From Nageia nagi (taxonomy: Eukaryota > Plantae > Pinophyta), in assembly GCA_050084985.1 (NCBI GenBank), contig JBITNC010000001.1:170376001-170440000 (forward strand): DNA of 64,000 nt, in the 5' to 3' direction. Shown here piece after piece: positions 49,061 through 63,900 of this stretch. The notes under the pieces are model-generated. The model had not been told where the DNA came from, searched no databases, and saw only the letters and a program-made list of their open reading frames with translations. The number at the start of each line of letters is the position of its first letter. Positions within the stretch are counted from its first letter, which is position 1. Made by a program: the position numbers and the translations under genes.

Positions 49061-51596
49061 AATTATTTTTTAATAATAATAAATCAATGATTATTGTTAA
49101 TTTACTAATATTATTAAAAAAAATAAATACTATTAAAAATTAGGGGGGTAGGTTGTTAATTTTTTAAAAGGGAGGAGGTTAATCTTCGAAGGGGAGTTCT
49201 TTTGGAGATAATTTTTTAAGAGAAGGAATTTCTTTTGAAGGTAAGGGTAGATTTTTTTTAAGGGAATATTTTTTTATCTTAAAAGGGGGAATTATTCTTA
49301 AAATTGGAGTTACTTTGTTTGCTTTTTTTTTTAAAAAAAGGAGTTTTTTTTTTAACTTTTTTTTTTTAAAAGGAGTTTTTTTTAATCGTTTTTAAAGAAT
49401 TGTTCCTTTTAAAAAAAGGAGGGGGGGAATAAATTGGTCCTTTTTAATATGTTTGCAATATTTTGGCAAAACTCCTTTTTTAGCAAAAGAAAATAATAAA
49501 ATGCAAAAAGGATGAATTTTTTGAAAGTTTTAAGAGATTTTTTTGGAAAGGTACTTAATATATTCAAAGTTTTCTTTAAAGCTTGAATCATATTAAGTAA
49601 CCATAGATGTTATTGAGATAAGTTAATTATGCCTTTAAAATCTTTTTTTTTTTTTGCTAAATCTTAGTTTCTTCTTAAATTTAGCCTTGTCTTCAAAGGA
49701 AAATAGGATATGTCTAATGTCCTTTTGCAATATTGAAGGTTTTGAAAAGAGAAGAATCAAGATGGAAAAAGTGCAATAATGAGCAAAATATAAAGATGCA
49801 CTAACCTACAATTACTAACCAAAAAAGTAATAAAAGTGCACTAACCTACAATTACTAACCAACAAATGTAGTTTAAATTTCTCTAAAATTTTATTTAAAA
49901 TTGCTAAGCAATGGAAGAATAAGATGCACTAAGATTATAATCCATAACTTACAAACCTATTGATTTGTAACTTACAAATATGACTTATAATTTGCACAAG
50001 TGGTTTACAATTGCAAAATTATTTTGTAACTTGCAAAATTGATGTTTAAAAAATTGTAATTGGACAATTGATCTTTTGTTTTTTGCAATTTTAACCTTAT
50101 TAAGATGGCTTTTGAAAAAAAAATGAATCTTGCAAGTTTAAACTTATTACTATGAATCTTGCAAACATTTGGACAAACAATATTATGCCAATATTTTGTG
50201 CAAATAATGGTGAATTTTTTAATGCAAATTTATGACTTTCTCTAAAGCTCAAATATGTGAAGTTTAGATGTATGCATAGGAATTTTTAGTTAATGACAAC
50301 CTTACTCCCAAATGTTTAAGCTGCATTTGTTGATATAATGGGATTGTGATGTAGATGTACACATTAGTTGAAGTGGATATCATTTTATAATTATTGGTTG
50401 TGCACTTGTTGATATTTCTTTGTTGTGTACACTTCATATATCCTTAAAAGAAAGTAAAAAATTAGGATACCTTATCCATATTTGAATTATTGTGCATATT
50501 TTTGATATCATTGTTTGGATTGAGAAGTTCTGTAAACCTCCTTCTACTTTTTAATGCATAGGTAGATATTTTGTTTATTACCCTTGGTATGCATAGGTTA
50601 ATATTATATCACCATTTTTGTAATGAGCTTTAAGCTTAGTAATATGCTATAATTGTTAATTATGTTACCCTTAAGGGGGGAGTTATTAACTTCATAAAAA
50701 AGCATTTTTTTATTCCTTTTTGATGGATGTATTCTTGGAAGATTGAGTCTTGGGGTTAAAATACAAAGAACTTAAAATAAATATTTATAGTCATAAATAA
50801 GGCTAAAAAATATGAATTAAAAAATCCTTATTGGAAATATGTCAACAATAAGTACCTTGTGCTTTACTCAAAATTAAGGCTTGCATGTTGAATCCTACAA
50901 CCTATAGGATTGCCAATATCGAGAAAATTGTCTTAGAAATCCTTTTATAGCCTTGAGAAGGCTCCTTGAGTTTAGTAAAATCTAAAGGTATTTTTTAAAT
51001 CGTTAATTACTTTTCAAAGTTAAGATCTTTTTTTTTCACTTAAGAAACCTAAAGACTTGGTCTTGCTTCTTTCAACTTGATATTGTATCAATATTAAGGG
51101 ATATATGCCTCAATTTTGTATGATTTACCAAACATTCATGGTTATTAGTTTTGGATAAAATAAGGCATGTGTTGTCATGTGATGGTCTATGGTGGCCTAT
51201 GGTGGCATATGATGAATTGTGATCTCACCTTGAGAATGAGAATAACATGATATTCTTGTCTCATGCACTCCTTGTTGATAATTTCTTTTTCTAAATTTAG
51301 CTAAAATTTCTTCCTAAAAAAGGTTGTAGATAAGTAATTAATTTGGAGAAAAGAAACTTGGGACTTAGTTCCATATCCAATTAAGATTAATATAATTGAA
51401 AATAAATGGAATGGTGAAGTTAAGAAACTTAAGGAAAGGTTGGTGGGTAAGTTTGAATTTCAAGGATACCTTTACAAGATGTTTACAGTTAGACTAATAG
51501 TTGCACTTTCAATAATCCAAGGTTGGAAGGTACTCAATATTAATGAGAAAAGTCTCTTTTGGTGACTTGTTTTACTTGGTCTTAACCCTACTTTTT

Positions 51597-52250
51597 ATGT
51601 ATGGATGCCACATTGTTTGCTTACATGTTTATGGAGAATATCTATGTTTATGGATGGGTGCCATTTTTTTGGTTCCATGTTGATGGAAGGATATCCATAT
51701 TTATGGATGGATGCCACTTTATTTGCTTCCATATTGATGGAATAATATCCATTTTTATGGATGTATGTCACATTATTTGCTTCCATGTTGATGGTAGAGT
51801 ATCCATATTTATGGATGGATGCCACTTTGTTTGCTTCCATGTTGATGGGAGAATATCCATGTTTATGGATAGATGTCATATTATTTTTCTTCCATATTGA
51901 TGGAAGAATATCCATATTTTTGGATGGATTCCACTTTATTTTCTTTCATGTTGATGGAAGGATATCCATGTTTATGGATAGATGCCATTTTGTTTGCTTC
52001 CATGTTGATGGAAGAATATCCATGTTTATGGATGGATGTCACATTGTTTGCTTCCATGTTGATGGGAGAATATCCATGTTTATGGATGGATGATACTTTG
52101 TTTACTTCCATGTTGATGGACTAATATCCATGTTTATGGATACATTCCACATTACTTTTTCTTTCATGTTGATTGAGGAATATCCATGTTTATGGATAGA
52201 TACCACATGTTTACTTCTATATTAAGAAAGTTGTATCTATATTAATGGAT
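51597..52250. repeat. 54-bp minisatellite, ~12 copies, two mini-palindromes per unit
   Basis: ccat(g/a)ttgatgg at 51675, 51729, 51783 and 51837; each unit has ttccat-gttg-atggaa and atccat-gttt-atggat. Confidence 0.95.
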
Positions 52251-52394
52251 TATTTACCACTTTGTTACTTTCAAGTTGGAAGATTGTATCTATATTGACA
52301 TGTTCGTTAATGGATACCTTTCTTATCTATGCTACGATGTTTTTTTTTGGAGACCATAAACCTCCAAATCAACATGTTTGTAAATGGATAATGA

Positions 52395-53205
52395 CTTATG
52401 CATATTGACTAGTGGCATGTTAAAGTTGGCATTTTTTGGCTTATGGATATGCATCTTGAATAATGGCATGGTCAAGTTGGCATTTCATGGCTTATGGATA
52501 TGCATCTTGACTGATGGCATGGTCAAATTGGCCTTTTATGGCTTGTTCTTCATCTATGCTACAATATTATTGTTGAATACCTTAAACCTTAAAATCAACA
52601 TGTTTGTCAATGGATAAGAACTTATGAAAAACTTGAATTGTGGCATAATCAAGTTGGCATTCAATGGATTTCGGTTTGGTTAAAATAATATGTGTATTAC
52701 CATATATAATAGTTAATGGTCAATTCAATCATTTTGCTTCATTTGTCTATGAAGTAAGCCTTTTTTTTATGAAGTTTCCCTTAAGGGGGAGAATTATTAT
52801 GATATAATATCAAATTCATTATTTTAATATGATGTCAACTTCATTGTAAAAGCATATTTGATATCAACTTGCATACATAAAGGTTGAAAAAAGTTTTATT
52901 AAAAAAAAGAACACAACATAAATCATATCATCTCTTAAGATGATAAAGTTATCCTTAAGGGGGAAGAATAAATTCTTGGGAATTCTTAAATTAAATGCTT
53001 CAAATTTAGGAGGATTTTTTGTTATATAGTTGTGCATTTTTAGCAATGTTCTGTTATCCATGTGTGATCTAGTATGTGGAGCACTATTTAGTTATCCATG
53101 TGTGATGAACTATTATATGTAATATTATTTAGTTATCCATGTGTGATGAACTAGTATGTGCAACATTGTTTAGTTATCCATATATGAGGAACTATTATGT
53201 GCATA
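52395..53205. repeat. Two small tandem arrays: 51 bp x3 (52395-52545) and ~38-41 bp x4 (53045-53205)
   Basis: tggcatg at 52413/52464/52515; gttatccat at 53053/53091/53132/53173. Confidence 0.85.
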
Positions 53206-53287
53206 TTTTAAATATAAGTTATCATTTGTTTTACTTTTTAATGCTGATAAACACATGTTTTCCTATATGAAGGTGACTATCTACAAT

Positions 53288-53450
53288 CCCAAACCCTAAT
53301 TGCTTCACCCTTAACCTCAAACCAAATCCTAACCCCTTAACACCTAACCCCTTTACCCTTAACCTCAAACCCTAACCCCTTCATTCTTAATCCCAAATGC
53401 TAACCCCTTTATTCTAAACCCCAAATTCTAACCCCTTCATGCTTAACCCC
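53288..53450. repeat. Degenerate telomere-like (ccctaa/taacccc) tract
   Basis: aaaccctaa and ctaacccc variants; not a perfect TTTAGGG array. Confidence 0.6.
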
Positions 53451-54614
53451 TATTAGTATGTAAATTAATCAAATATAATATTAGTAATTAATAAACTAAA
53501 CTAAGTTATATGTATCAGTTCGAAGACTACATCGTATCGATTTGAAGATTGAATCATATCAGTTTGGTTATCATATTATATCAATTTAAAGGAAAAGTTA
53601 AGCTAACTAATCAAGATTAAGAAAAGTGAAACAAATATAAGTAAATTATGCACCAATTTGGAAGAGATACGAGAGAGATATAAATGCACATTTAAGGGAT
53701 TACAAGAGAAGAATCGCTCACATTTCATTGATACATCCTTCAAGTTCCCCTTGGCAAGTATCAGGGCATGTCGACTACTAAGTGTTGAATAATGACAATG
53801 AATATAAAATGTCATGTTGAATAATGTACTAATTATGGAAGAGTACATATATTATAGAGAAAAGGCATGATCGAATACAAACACATGGATGCACAAGCAA
53901 AAGAAAGTATATGTCGAGACACCAAGAGTTTGTCGATAACTATAGATTGGTGACTCCTATTTGGCTTTGAATAATATTTTATTACTTGATATTATTAATA
54001 AAATCACATTTTTAAATAATGAATTACTTTTATTACTATTTTACAAGGTTTGATATATCTTCAATTTGTCAGGGCAAATTATTCATCGATCTGGTTTCTT
54101 TCATCTTTGTATGTTTCCCTTCTTGAAATTATAGCTTATCCTCTACTCATGTATTCCTTTTATAAGTCCCCCTATCAATTATCATGTCTCCCTCATTATC
54201 CATTTCCATTGTACCCTTTTATGATGTTAGAATGGAAATCAATCAAATATAATATTATCAATTGATCGACTAAACAACAATATATGTATCAATTTAGAGA
54301 TTGAACCATATCAATTTGGTGATTGAATTGTATCAGTTTGATGATCAAATCATACCAATTTGAAGGATGATTTAAACTAACTAATCAAGATTAAGCGAAG
54401 TGACATGAAGATAACTAAATGATGAAGCAATTCAAAATAGATACAAGAGATATATAAATGCATATTTAAGGGATTACGAGATAAGCATCACTCACACTTC
54501 ATTTATACATCCTTTTAGTGCTCCTTGGCATACCCCGAGTCAAGATGACTACCAAGCACCAAATAATTACTACCAAATGCCTAATGCCATGATGAATAAT
54601 GTACTCTCTATGGA

Positions 54615-54687
<73 letters not shown>

Positions 54688-56203
54688 TGTATTATAGATA
54701 AAATGCATGATCGACTACAAACATGTGGACATACATGTAAAAGAAAGCATATATTGTGATGCCAAAATTTTGATGATAACTAATGATTGGTGACTCCTTT
54801 TCAGCTTCAAACAATATTGTATAACTTTATATTATTAATAAAATCACCTTTTTAAAGCATGAATTACTTACAAGTGAATACCTTTTCGTACCTCATAAAA
54901 ATCATTGCAAGATTGGTTTTCGATGAAATTGAAAATTTTTAGGAAGTGGATTACTTGATGAACTGGATATAATAAAGAAAAAGTAATAGACTTAATTCAC
55001 AAAGAGAAAAGCTATGAAGTCTTTTTATATGAATTCATTGTTGTATTTCTAAAGTGGATAAATAAACAACAAGAATTTCAAACACACATTCTTATCCCAA
55101 AAATTAAGTGGGATAAAGAGAATTTAATACAATTAAAAAAATCAATGCAATATTGGATGCAAAAAATCGATGAGTGGGTACATAATACCTTGAATACCTA
55201 CACCATCGAGTTTGCACTCCAAGACTAGGTATCATGGGAAGTAGGAGGGGAGAGATTCTTTAAGGGATCCCATAAAATGTTTCTATAAAATCTTTCATAA
55301 ATTTGCAAACAATATTTGATTGAGTGAGGGGTTTCCCTAAACACTCTCTCCTATTTAATGGAGGGAGGCGCTCGAGGGGGGTAGGGAGGAAATATGGTGA
55401 GAATAAGGATCAATTAAAAATTGTAATGGGGAGAAAAGGGTATAATTAAAAGGGATGATGGGGGGAGACATGATGATTGATAGGGGGACTTATAAAAGGA
55501 GGACATTACCAAAGGGTAAGTTACAAATTCAAGAAGGGATATATACAAAGAAAAAAGAAGAAAGAAACTTAATCGATGAATATTTTACCTCGATAGATTG
55601 AAGATATATCAAAACTCATAAAATAGGAATAAAAGTAATTCATGCTTTAAAATGTGATTTTAATAATAATATCAAGCAATACAATATTGTTCAAAGCTAA
55701 ATAAGAGTCACCAATTGGTAGTTGTTGGAAAACTCCTAGTGTCATGATATATACTTTTTTTCCATGTGCATCCACATGTTTGTAGTTGGTCACACCTTTT
55801 GTTTATAATATATATACTCTTCCATAGTTAGTACATTATTTAGCATGGCATTCAAGATTCGATAGTCATTATTCAATACTTAGTAGTCAATCTGTCCAAA
55901 GTTATGCCAAGGGGCACTTGAAGGATGTATCAATAAAGTATGAGTGATTCTTCTCTGGTAATCCCTTAAATATGCATTTATATCTCTCTCATATCTCTTC
56001 CAAAGTGGGGAATCATTTAGTTATATTCATGTCACTTTGCTTAAGCTTGATTAGTTACCTTAACTCATTCTTTAAATTGATATAGTTTGATTGCTAAACT
56101 GATACGATTCAAATTGATATGGTTTGATCTCTAAACTGATACATATAGCTTAATTTAGTTGATTAATTACTAATATTATATTTGATCGATTTCCATGCTA
56201 AAA
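53451..56203. repeat. Three related ~650-770-bp LTR-like units: 53451-54220 (+), 54225-54872 (+), 55437-56203 (-)
   Basis: All start t(g/a)ttag.atg.aaat..atcaaatataatatt and share gatataaatgca.atttaagggattac and aaatcac.tttt. The third copy is inverted. Confidence 0.85.
54618..54690. repeat. (GT)n microsatellite, ~36 units
   Basis: Directly visible; the other two copies have only a short (TA) run at this position. Confidence 0.98.
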
Positions 56204-56229
56204 ATGATATGATAGGGTTAGATCCATCC

Positions 56230-58920
56230 TTTATGACTCATAATTTAGTGGTATAGAAAGATGCTAAACCTATATAGTAGAAGAGAAGACCAATGCACCC
56301 AATGCATTCTTTGCTATTTAAGAGGGAAATTGATAAGTATCACAAGGCAAGATTCATTGAACCTATTTATTACTCACCTTGGTTGAATAACATTGTTACA
56401 AATTTGAAACCAAATGGAGAAATTAGGTGTTGAATAGATTTTAGATACTTAAACGAGGCTTTCCCAAAGGACAATTTTCCTTTTCCACACATTGACACAA
56501 TTATGGATTCAACTACAGTACATGAGTTATTCTATTCTATGGATGGTTTCTCAAGATACAATCATATTAGAATAAATAAAGAAGATCAACATAAGATAAC
56601 ATGCACCACACCTTGGGGAACATTTTATTTGGTAGTCATGCTCTTTGGCCTCAAAAATGCAAGGGAAACATACCAAAGAGCTATGGTAACTATATTTCAT
56701 GATCTCATTCATAAATTCATTGAAGTACATATTGATGATATTCTTTCAAATTTAATTAAGAAGGAAAATCATTTAGAGGACTTAAGATTCATTTTTGAAA
56801 GGATGAGACAATTCAACCTGAAGTTAAATACTAAGAAGTGTGTTTTTGGGGTATCTAGTGGCAAGTTGCTTGGTTACATTGTATCTAAAAGAGGAATAGG
56901 GATTTATCCTAAAAAGGTGAAAGATATAATGGATATTCCTCCATAAATAAATATTAGACAACTCAAAATTCTACAAGGGAAGTTACAAGCAATCAAAAGA
57001 TTCATGGCTCAGTTAGCATATAGAACATCTCCCTTCTCTTACTTACTCAGGAAAGGAACCAAGTTCATATGGAATAACAAGTGTAAAAGAGAATTTGAGG
57101 ACATCAAAAGCTACTTGCTTAATCCTCTTATTTTGTAACTAATTGATCATACCAAACCTTTATATTTTTATGTATCAACTGCAAGAAATGCTATTGGAAT
57201 AGTCCTTATGCAACTTGATAAAGAAAATAAGAAGAGGGTTGTATATTATTTATATAAGATACTACAAAATGTATAAGTATATTACACACCTATTGAGAAG
57301 TTGTGTTATGCCATAGTTTATATCATATATAAATTGAGGCACTATATAATCACCAACACCACTTTCATTGTAGCCCAAGCTAATCCATTATGATACTTGT
57401 TATCAAAGACACAATTGCAATGAAGACCAACCAAATAGATAATGGATTTACAAGAGTTTGATCTTCTATATATAAGTAAAAAAGTAGTTAAAGGATAGGT
57501 TATAGCTGATATGCTTACAACAACACCAAGTGATAAAGATGGTAACAAAACATGAACACTATTCTTTGATGGCTCCAAATGTTTGCAAGGGGTTAGGGTG
57601 GGGATATTATTAGTATCTCTTAAAGATGGTATGATTCCTATGTCTTACAAGTTAAATTTTGAATGCACGAACAATATGGCTAAGTATGAAGCTTTGGTCT
57701 TGGGACTAAAGAAAGCAATTAATATTGGAATTAGTCAATTGAAAGTTTATGGTTACTCATAACTTGTCATTTATCAAATCAATGATGTTTACAATACAAA
57801 GGATGAGAAATTGTAGCCATATAAGGAATTAGTTGCTTTGATGGTTCAAGGAGGCTTTAAATAGATTTAGTTTGAAAATATTTTAAGAAATAATAAAAGA
57901 TTTGCAGACACTATGGCTAATGCGGCTTTAATAACACCTATCTCAATTGAATATGAGGAAACTATTATCAAAATCAATAGCCTTAGACATTGTTGTTTCA
58001 TGGATGACAATGAATACTAAGGGTTCTTCAAGAAAGAGCCACTCATATGTGTTATTCTTCCATTACACAAATTGTATACTGACATCTACAACTACCTAAA
58101 GCAAGGAAAGATTCTGAATTTATGTTAACCCAATTTCCTCAAATGAAGATTGACATGCATGGCTACAAGGTATTGTCATATTCTTTACAAAAGATCATTT
58201 TATGGTACATTGCTTAGATGTTTAAATGAAATTAAAGAAAATAAATCTATGGAACCAATACATGATAGAATAAATTGAGGAAATTTCAATGTTAAAGCTA
58301 TCTTTCATAAGCTCAAAAAGCTAGGATATTATTTTCCATATATGGAAAAGGATTGTATTTTACATGTCAAGAAATGTGGAAAATGTCAAAAGCATGCTAA
58401 CTTGAAATGGACTCCTTCAAGTAAATTAGCCACAGTGGTATCTCCTTAGGCTTTTGCAATTTGGGCTTCGGATTCAATAGGAGTTATCAACCCCAAATCT
58501 AGCGAGAGACATAAATTCATTTTAGTTGCTACTAAATACTTTACAAAATGGGAAGAATTTATACCATTATGATCATCTAAAGGTCCTCAAATTATGAAAT
58601 TCATGACTAAAAATATTATAGCAAGATTTAGTGTTCCATATCATGTAATCATTGGCAATGGAAAGAATTTCATAAGAAAACAAGTAAGAGATTTTTGCAA
58701 GAACTTCAAAATCAATAAAAAGTTTTCATTAATCTAATATTTTCAAGGCAATTGATAAGCAAAGGTAACTAACAAAACTATTATCAATAGTTTGTACAAA
58801 ATAGTCAAGTAAACTCATAAAGATTAGCAATCATAGCTCATATATACAATTTGGGCATATGAAATAAGTATTAGGTCAACTACATGTTGTACATCATCTT
58901 CATTACTCTATGGAGATGAG
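56230..58920 (+). mobile_element. Ty3/gypsy Tat/Ogre-type pol remnant (RT-RNase H-additional RNase H-integrase)
   Basis: RT: MDGFSRYNHIRI..TPWGTF..FGLKNARETYQRAM..HIDDIL (ORF 56503-56946). Extra RNase H: TLFFDGSKC..FECTNNMAKYEALVLGL (~57550-57950). Integrase: KCQKHA, YFTKWEE, IARFSVPYHVIIGNG. Confidence 0.92.
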
Positions 58921-59979
58921 TGTGATGAGAAGTTCTAGGGCTCACTTCTCAAACATGCCCTAGGAGAGGTATGTTTGATTTCAAGCTTCCAAACTGGTCC
59001 ACATAAGCTCAAAAATGCATCAATATTCCAATGACTATTTAGAATTGATAGATTTAACAATAATAATTCAAAAAGCTCATACAAACCCAACATCTAGCTA
59101 GGAATACCAAACACAAATTTGAACATGGAAAATACCTCTAGTTGTCTAACATTGCAAATTAGGAGCAAAAATAGGATTCAAACAATGTCATAACTACTCT
59201 AAAACTCAACATCCAAGCATAATTATATGAATAGCAAATTGACATAAAAAATATGTAATTGTATTGATATAATAATGGTAAAACACAAGGATGAGGTTAG
59301 GTACTAGAAATGTGGTTTGTGAGTTTTCTAGCTAAATTTATTCAATTTTTTAATGTTTGATAATTGATTTATCTTCTATATAAAATGAGAAATACCCAAT
59401 GCTATGCAAAGGTGTTCCTTGTTGGCACATGAGTTTTAATTATAAAATTTAGCCACTTAAAAGGTGGATGTCATTTCAAATTCTAAATCTTTGATTCAAT
59501 CCATGAGTTAATCCTAACACTCTCATTTCTCATTAGCTCTGTTAGAGGCAAACGTACCATATCATATGCCAATAGTTAGTATCGCCCTATTTTGAGGGGT
59601 GAAGGTGGTGGTAGTATGGTTCTAATTTGATAGTCATCTTATATGGTAATTATACCAAAGCATTAAGGGATAGAGAGCATCAAATTTAGCTACCATAGCC
59701 TAAGGTTTTGTGTTCTACATTGCCTTTTATGGATTGGATAGTTATCATTTGAGGTAGGAACCTTTTAATTCTTGGAGCCAACAAAGTTTTTATACAATGT
59801 AATGATAATGGGGGGTGATATAGTCAGAGTGGAGCTAGCATCATCAAAGAAAACCATGAGAAATGCAAAGATGTGGAATATTTTATTCCATGGCAAACTA
59901 GACAAGTTTATCCTTGCATGCATTGAACATGACATATAACTTTTCATGGAAGTGGCAAATTCATTGAAGAATGGAAAAT

Positions 59980-60430
59980 GCAAGTTCAATGGAAGATATT
60001 TTCTCATCAATATTGAAATAATTATGTAGGAAATTAGAATGCAAAACAAAGGTCTTAAAGTAAAGCAGGAAGGCAAAATTAACAAGCTAGATGCCAAAAA
60101 TAAATTCCTAAAGGAGGCAATGAAGATAAGGAATTTTATTAAGTACCAAAGATGGGAGATTAAGAAATTGATCCCCGGGCCTTGCATTGAAGTTGTTGTG
60201 GTATTGATCAAATGTGCAACTCTAGAAGGGTATTACAAAGTGTTGTTGGCATCTCAATTATTCCCACTTAAATCCTTTATCTTCTTAGATATAAAAAAGG
60301 TAAACTTTCCATTTTTCATCTTAAATTCCCTAGTTTTATCTATTAACAAGGTAAAGAGGAACAAAGCTTTAGTTCCATTTCATGCATATATTATCAAATT
60401 GGTATTTGAGAGAGCAATTGTCTCCTAACC
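59980..60430 (+). mobile_element. Degenerate retroelement accessory ORF of unknown function
   Basis: ORF 60039-60428 contains TLEGYYKVL..KVNFPFFILNSL..HAYIIKLVF, resembling accessory ORFs I recall from conifer LTR elements (recalled, not searched). Confidence 0.4.
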
Positions 60431-60949
60431 CAAGAAATTTTTGAGGGTTAAAGTCATAGGGGGAATTTTTGAACCCACTCAAAGAAAAGTGTTGAATTAG
60501 GTGAGTCCTTAAACTCCTCTAAGAAAATAGTTGATAAAGGGAATGGAAAGTCTCTAAACACTAAGGGAGAACCATAGGGAGTTGCACCAAAAACATATCA
60601 GATTAGACAAAAAATTAGAGAAGATTTATCAGTATCCCTCCATAATTGGGACAATGAGAACCCTGCTCTTTCTGCACCTATTAAAGAAAAGGGAAGATGT
60701 AATAAGGAGAATCCCTTGGTAAATGAAAGGGAATTTAAATTAGAAGATATTCTCTTAAGTTTCAGTACAAAATGGGTCTCAAAAGGAGGAAGAAGTAATA
60801 AAAAATTGCAAAGAAGGAGGGAGAATGTGATGAATTCAAGAGAATTCAAATAAATAAAAAATGGAGCTAAGATGTAATAATAGTAAATGGAAATTGCAGG
60901 AAATTGAAAATTAAAATAATACAATACTAGCATAATCAAAACTAAGCTA

Positions 60950-63900
60950 TGTTACAAGTATTCTAACTTAGTAACTAAACCCAATAGCTTTTACACATGT
61001 TGAATGCTATAGGATGAGCTAGAAGAAAGAATCAAAATGCATAAAAATATCAAAAAATACCTTAGGAATGATAAGTTATGAGACACTTTTAATTTGGGAC
61101 TAATGAGTAGGTTGCATAATGGTTGGATAGGTCTACCCAATTGGATGAAAAATGGTTGGCACATTTGGGGGCCAATTGGAAGGACAATTGGCTAGCTGGT
61201 TTATAGGGTACCTACTGGATAGTAAACTCAAAAAATATGAATTTTATCTTGAGATAAGTGCTAAGTTTCTAACATTATCCCTCTTTATGCAAAGAGGACT
61301 CACCATAATGTCTCTAAGCATCATATACTGAGCCTTGATAACACCTTTTATGAAGATATCAACCAAATATATCTTAGTATTACAATATTAAAGCTCAATT
61401 TATTTCTTATCCACTATGTCATGGATGAAATGGTACTTCAATTTAAAGTGCTTTGACCTAATATAGTGGATGGGATTGTGTGCCAACTAAATGGTGCCCT
61501 AATTGTCATAGTAAAGAGTAGTTGGTCCATGTTGTTTCTCACCAATCTCTTCAAGCAACTTCCTTAACCATAATGCTTGAGTGCTAGCAGCTATGAGAGC
61601 AATATACTCTACTTCATAAGAGGAAAGTGCTACTGTAGATTATTTCTTGAAGCTCCATATAATTAGACTTGAACCAAGTGAGAAATATTATCCAAAAGTG
61701 GACTTCCTATCATTAAGATTTTTGCCCCATTCACTATCACTAAAGCCTACAAGTTCCATCTTCTTCACATGAGAATAATGGAGACTAAAATTAATGGTGC
61801 CTTTAACATATCACAAAATTCGCTTTACAACCTTAAAATGCAAAATGAAAGGATCATTCATATAGTTAGACTCCATTGAGACAACAAATTGAATATCAAG
61901 CCTAGTATTGAAAAGAAACATGAGACTACCTACAATGCTCCTAAATTTAGTTACATTTGCTTTTGGAGAACCATCTTCTTTGCAAAGTAACTCTCCATGA
62001 GTTATAGGATTTAAAATAGTAGTGCAATTGTCCATGCCATATTTTGTGAGTATGTCTCTTGCACACTTGCTTTGGCAAATAAATATCTAATCTTGATATT
62101 GGTGGACCTCCATGCCAAGAAAGTACCTCATAAGACCTAGATCCTTCATATCAAACTCATGCATCAAATCAATTTTGAACTTTTCATTCATGATGGAATC
62201 ACTTCCCATATAAACTAAATCATCAACATAAAGATAAATAAGTAAAATATGATTACCTTCTCTCTTGATGTAGAGTGTTGGCTTATTTTTGCTCCTAATG
62301 AGCCTAAAACTTTGGAAGTATTCATCAATCTGGGTACACCAAGCTCTTGGAGCTTGCTTAAGGCCATATAAAGCATTCTTAAGCTTGTGCACATGCTTAT
62401 CTTTACCTTGAACTTGAAATCCTTGATGTTGTTGCACATAAACCTCCTCATCAAAGTAGCCATTCAAGAATGCACTCTTTACATCCATGTGATGTATATT
62501 ATAATGCTTTTGGGCAATTAATAAAAGAAGAATTCTTACTATTTCTTAAGTTGCAACTGGTGCAAAAGTATCCTCATAATCCATACCATATCTATGTGTA
62601 AACCCTTTGGAAACAAATCTTACTTTATGTATTTCAATTATTCCATCACTATTGTATTTAGTTTTGTAGACCCACTTGGAGCCTACACATCTCTTACCTT
62701 TAGGAAACTCATAAAGTTCCCAAGTATCATTCTTTTCAATTGATTGAAGCTTTTCTTGCATGGCCTTCAACCACACATTTTAGGTGCAAGCTTCCTCATA
62801 ACAAGATGGATTAAAATTAGAAAAATAACATTTTGGGCTACACACAATGCATAATTAACCATCTCCCCATTTGGGTCTTCATTTATTTCCATATCACTAA
62901 ATTGCTTTACAAACTTTTCCATTTCATGTAATTGAATTTTAGTAAACCTTTGATGAAAGTTTGGATCTAAAACTTGAGAAGGAGGATGGTTTTGAAAATT
63001 CTTTTTACTTGTTTTTTCCTTCATCACTTCTTGAATCACATTGGGAGAACCTCCACTTGAAGGAGAAATAGGAGTGGATTTGGAGCTATTGGAGAGACTT
63101 TATGGAGGACTTAGAGGCAACCACAAGGTGCCACTTGAATATTTGGAAGAGAATTTGATCTCTTGGGAATTTTGAATTATTTTCATGGCTGAGCACTTCT
63201 CTTCCAATATCCATAATGCATTTTTTATATTGTGCATAGACTTTCCCCTCCTCAAAAATGACATCCCTCGACATAACTATTTTTTGGTTTTGGGATTGTA
63301 AAGCCTATATGCTTTACTCTCTTTACTATACCTAGTGAACACACATGGTTCACTCTTTGCATCCACTTTTTTTCTATTCTTTTTTGGCACATAAGCATAT
63401 GCCAAACAACTAAAAAATCTAAAATGTTGGATGGTTGGCTTCTTGTCATACTAAGCTTCAAAAGAGGCCTTTCCTTCAATTGTACTTGAGCATTAAAATA
63501 TAATTGGATGTTCTCACTACTTCAGCCCAATATATGTTATGCAATTTTTTTTGGATTACAACAAGCATCTTGCCATATACATGAGAGTTCTATTTTTTCT
63601 CTTAACCACTCCATTTGTAGTATATTGGCTCTTAATACCATGCTCTTTACAAAAATTAACAAATTCATTAGAGGCATACTCTCCCCCTATATCACTTCTT
63701 ACACATTTAAATTTATGCTCACTCTCATTCTCAACAAACTCCTTGAATTTCTTAAAACACCCAAATGCTTCATCTTTATGTTTGAGAAAATAAACCCAAC
63801 ATATTCTACTAAAATCATCAATAAAAGTGAGGAAATAGGAATTCATACCAAGACTCTTGGATTGCATTGGTCCAAATAAATTAGTATGCACCAACTGTAG

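Noticed and set aside
51595-52124. Five repetitive ORFs on both strands
   Set aside because: Produced by the 54-bp (18-codon) minisatellite; no evidence of coding function.
53288-53450. True interstitial telomere
   Set aside because: Too degenerate, with almost no consecutive perfect TTTAGGG units; more like TE subterminal repeats.
54499-54759. HTHTH / CVCVC ORFs
   Set aside because: Translation of the (GT)n microsatellite.
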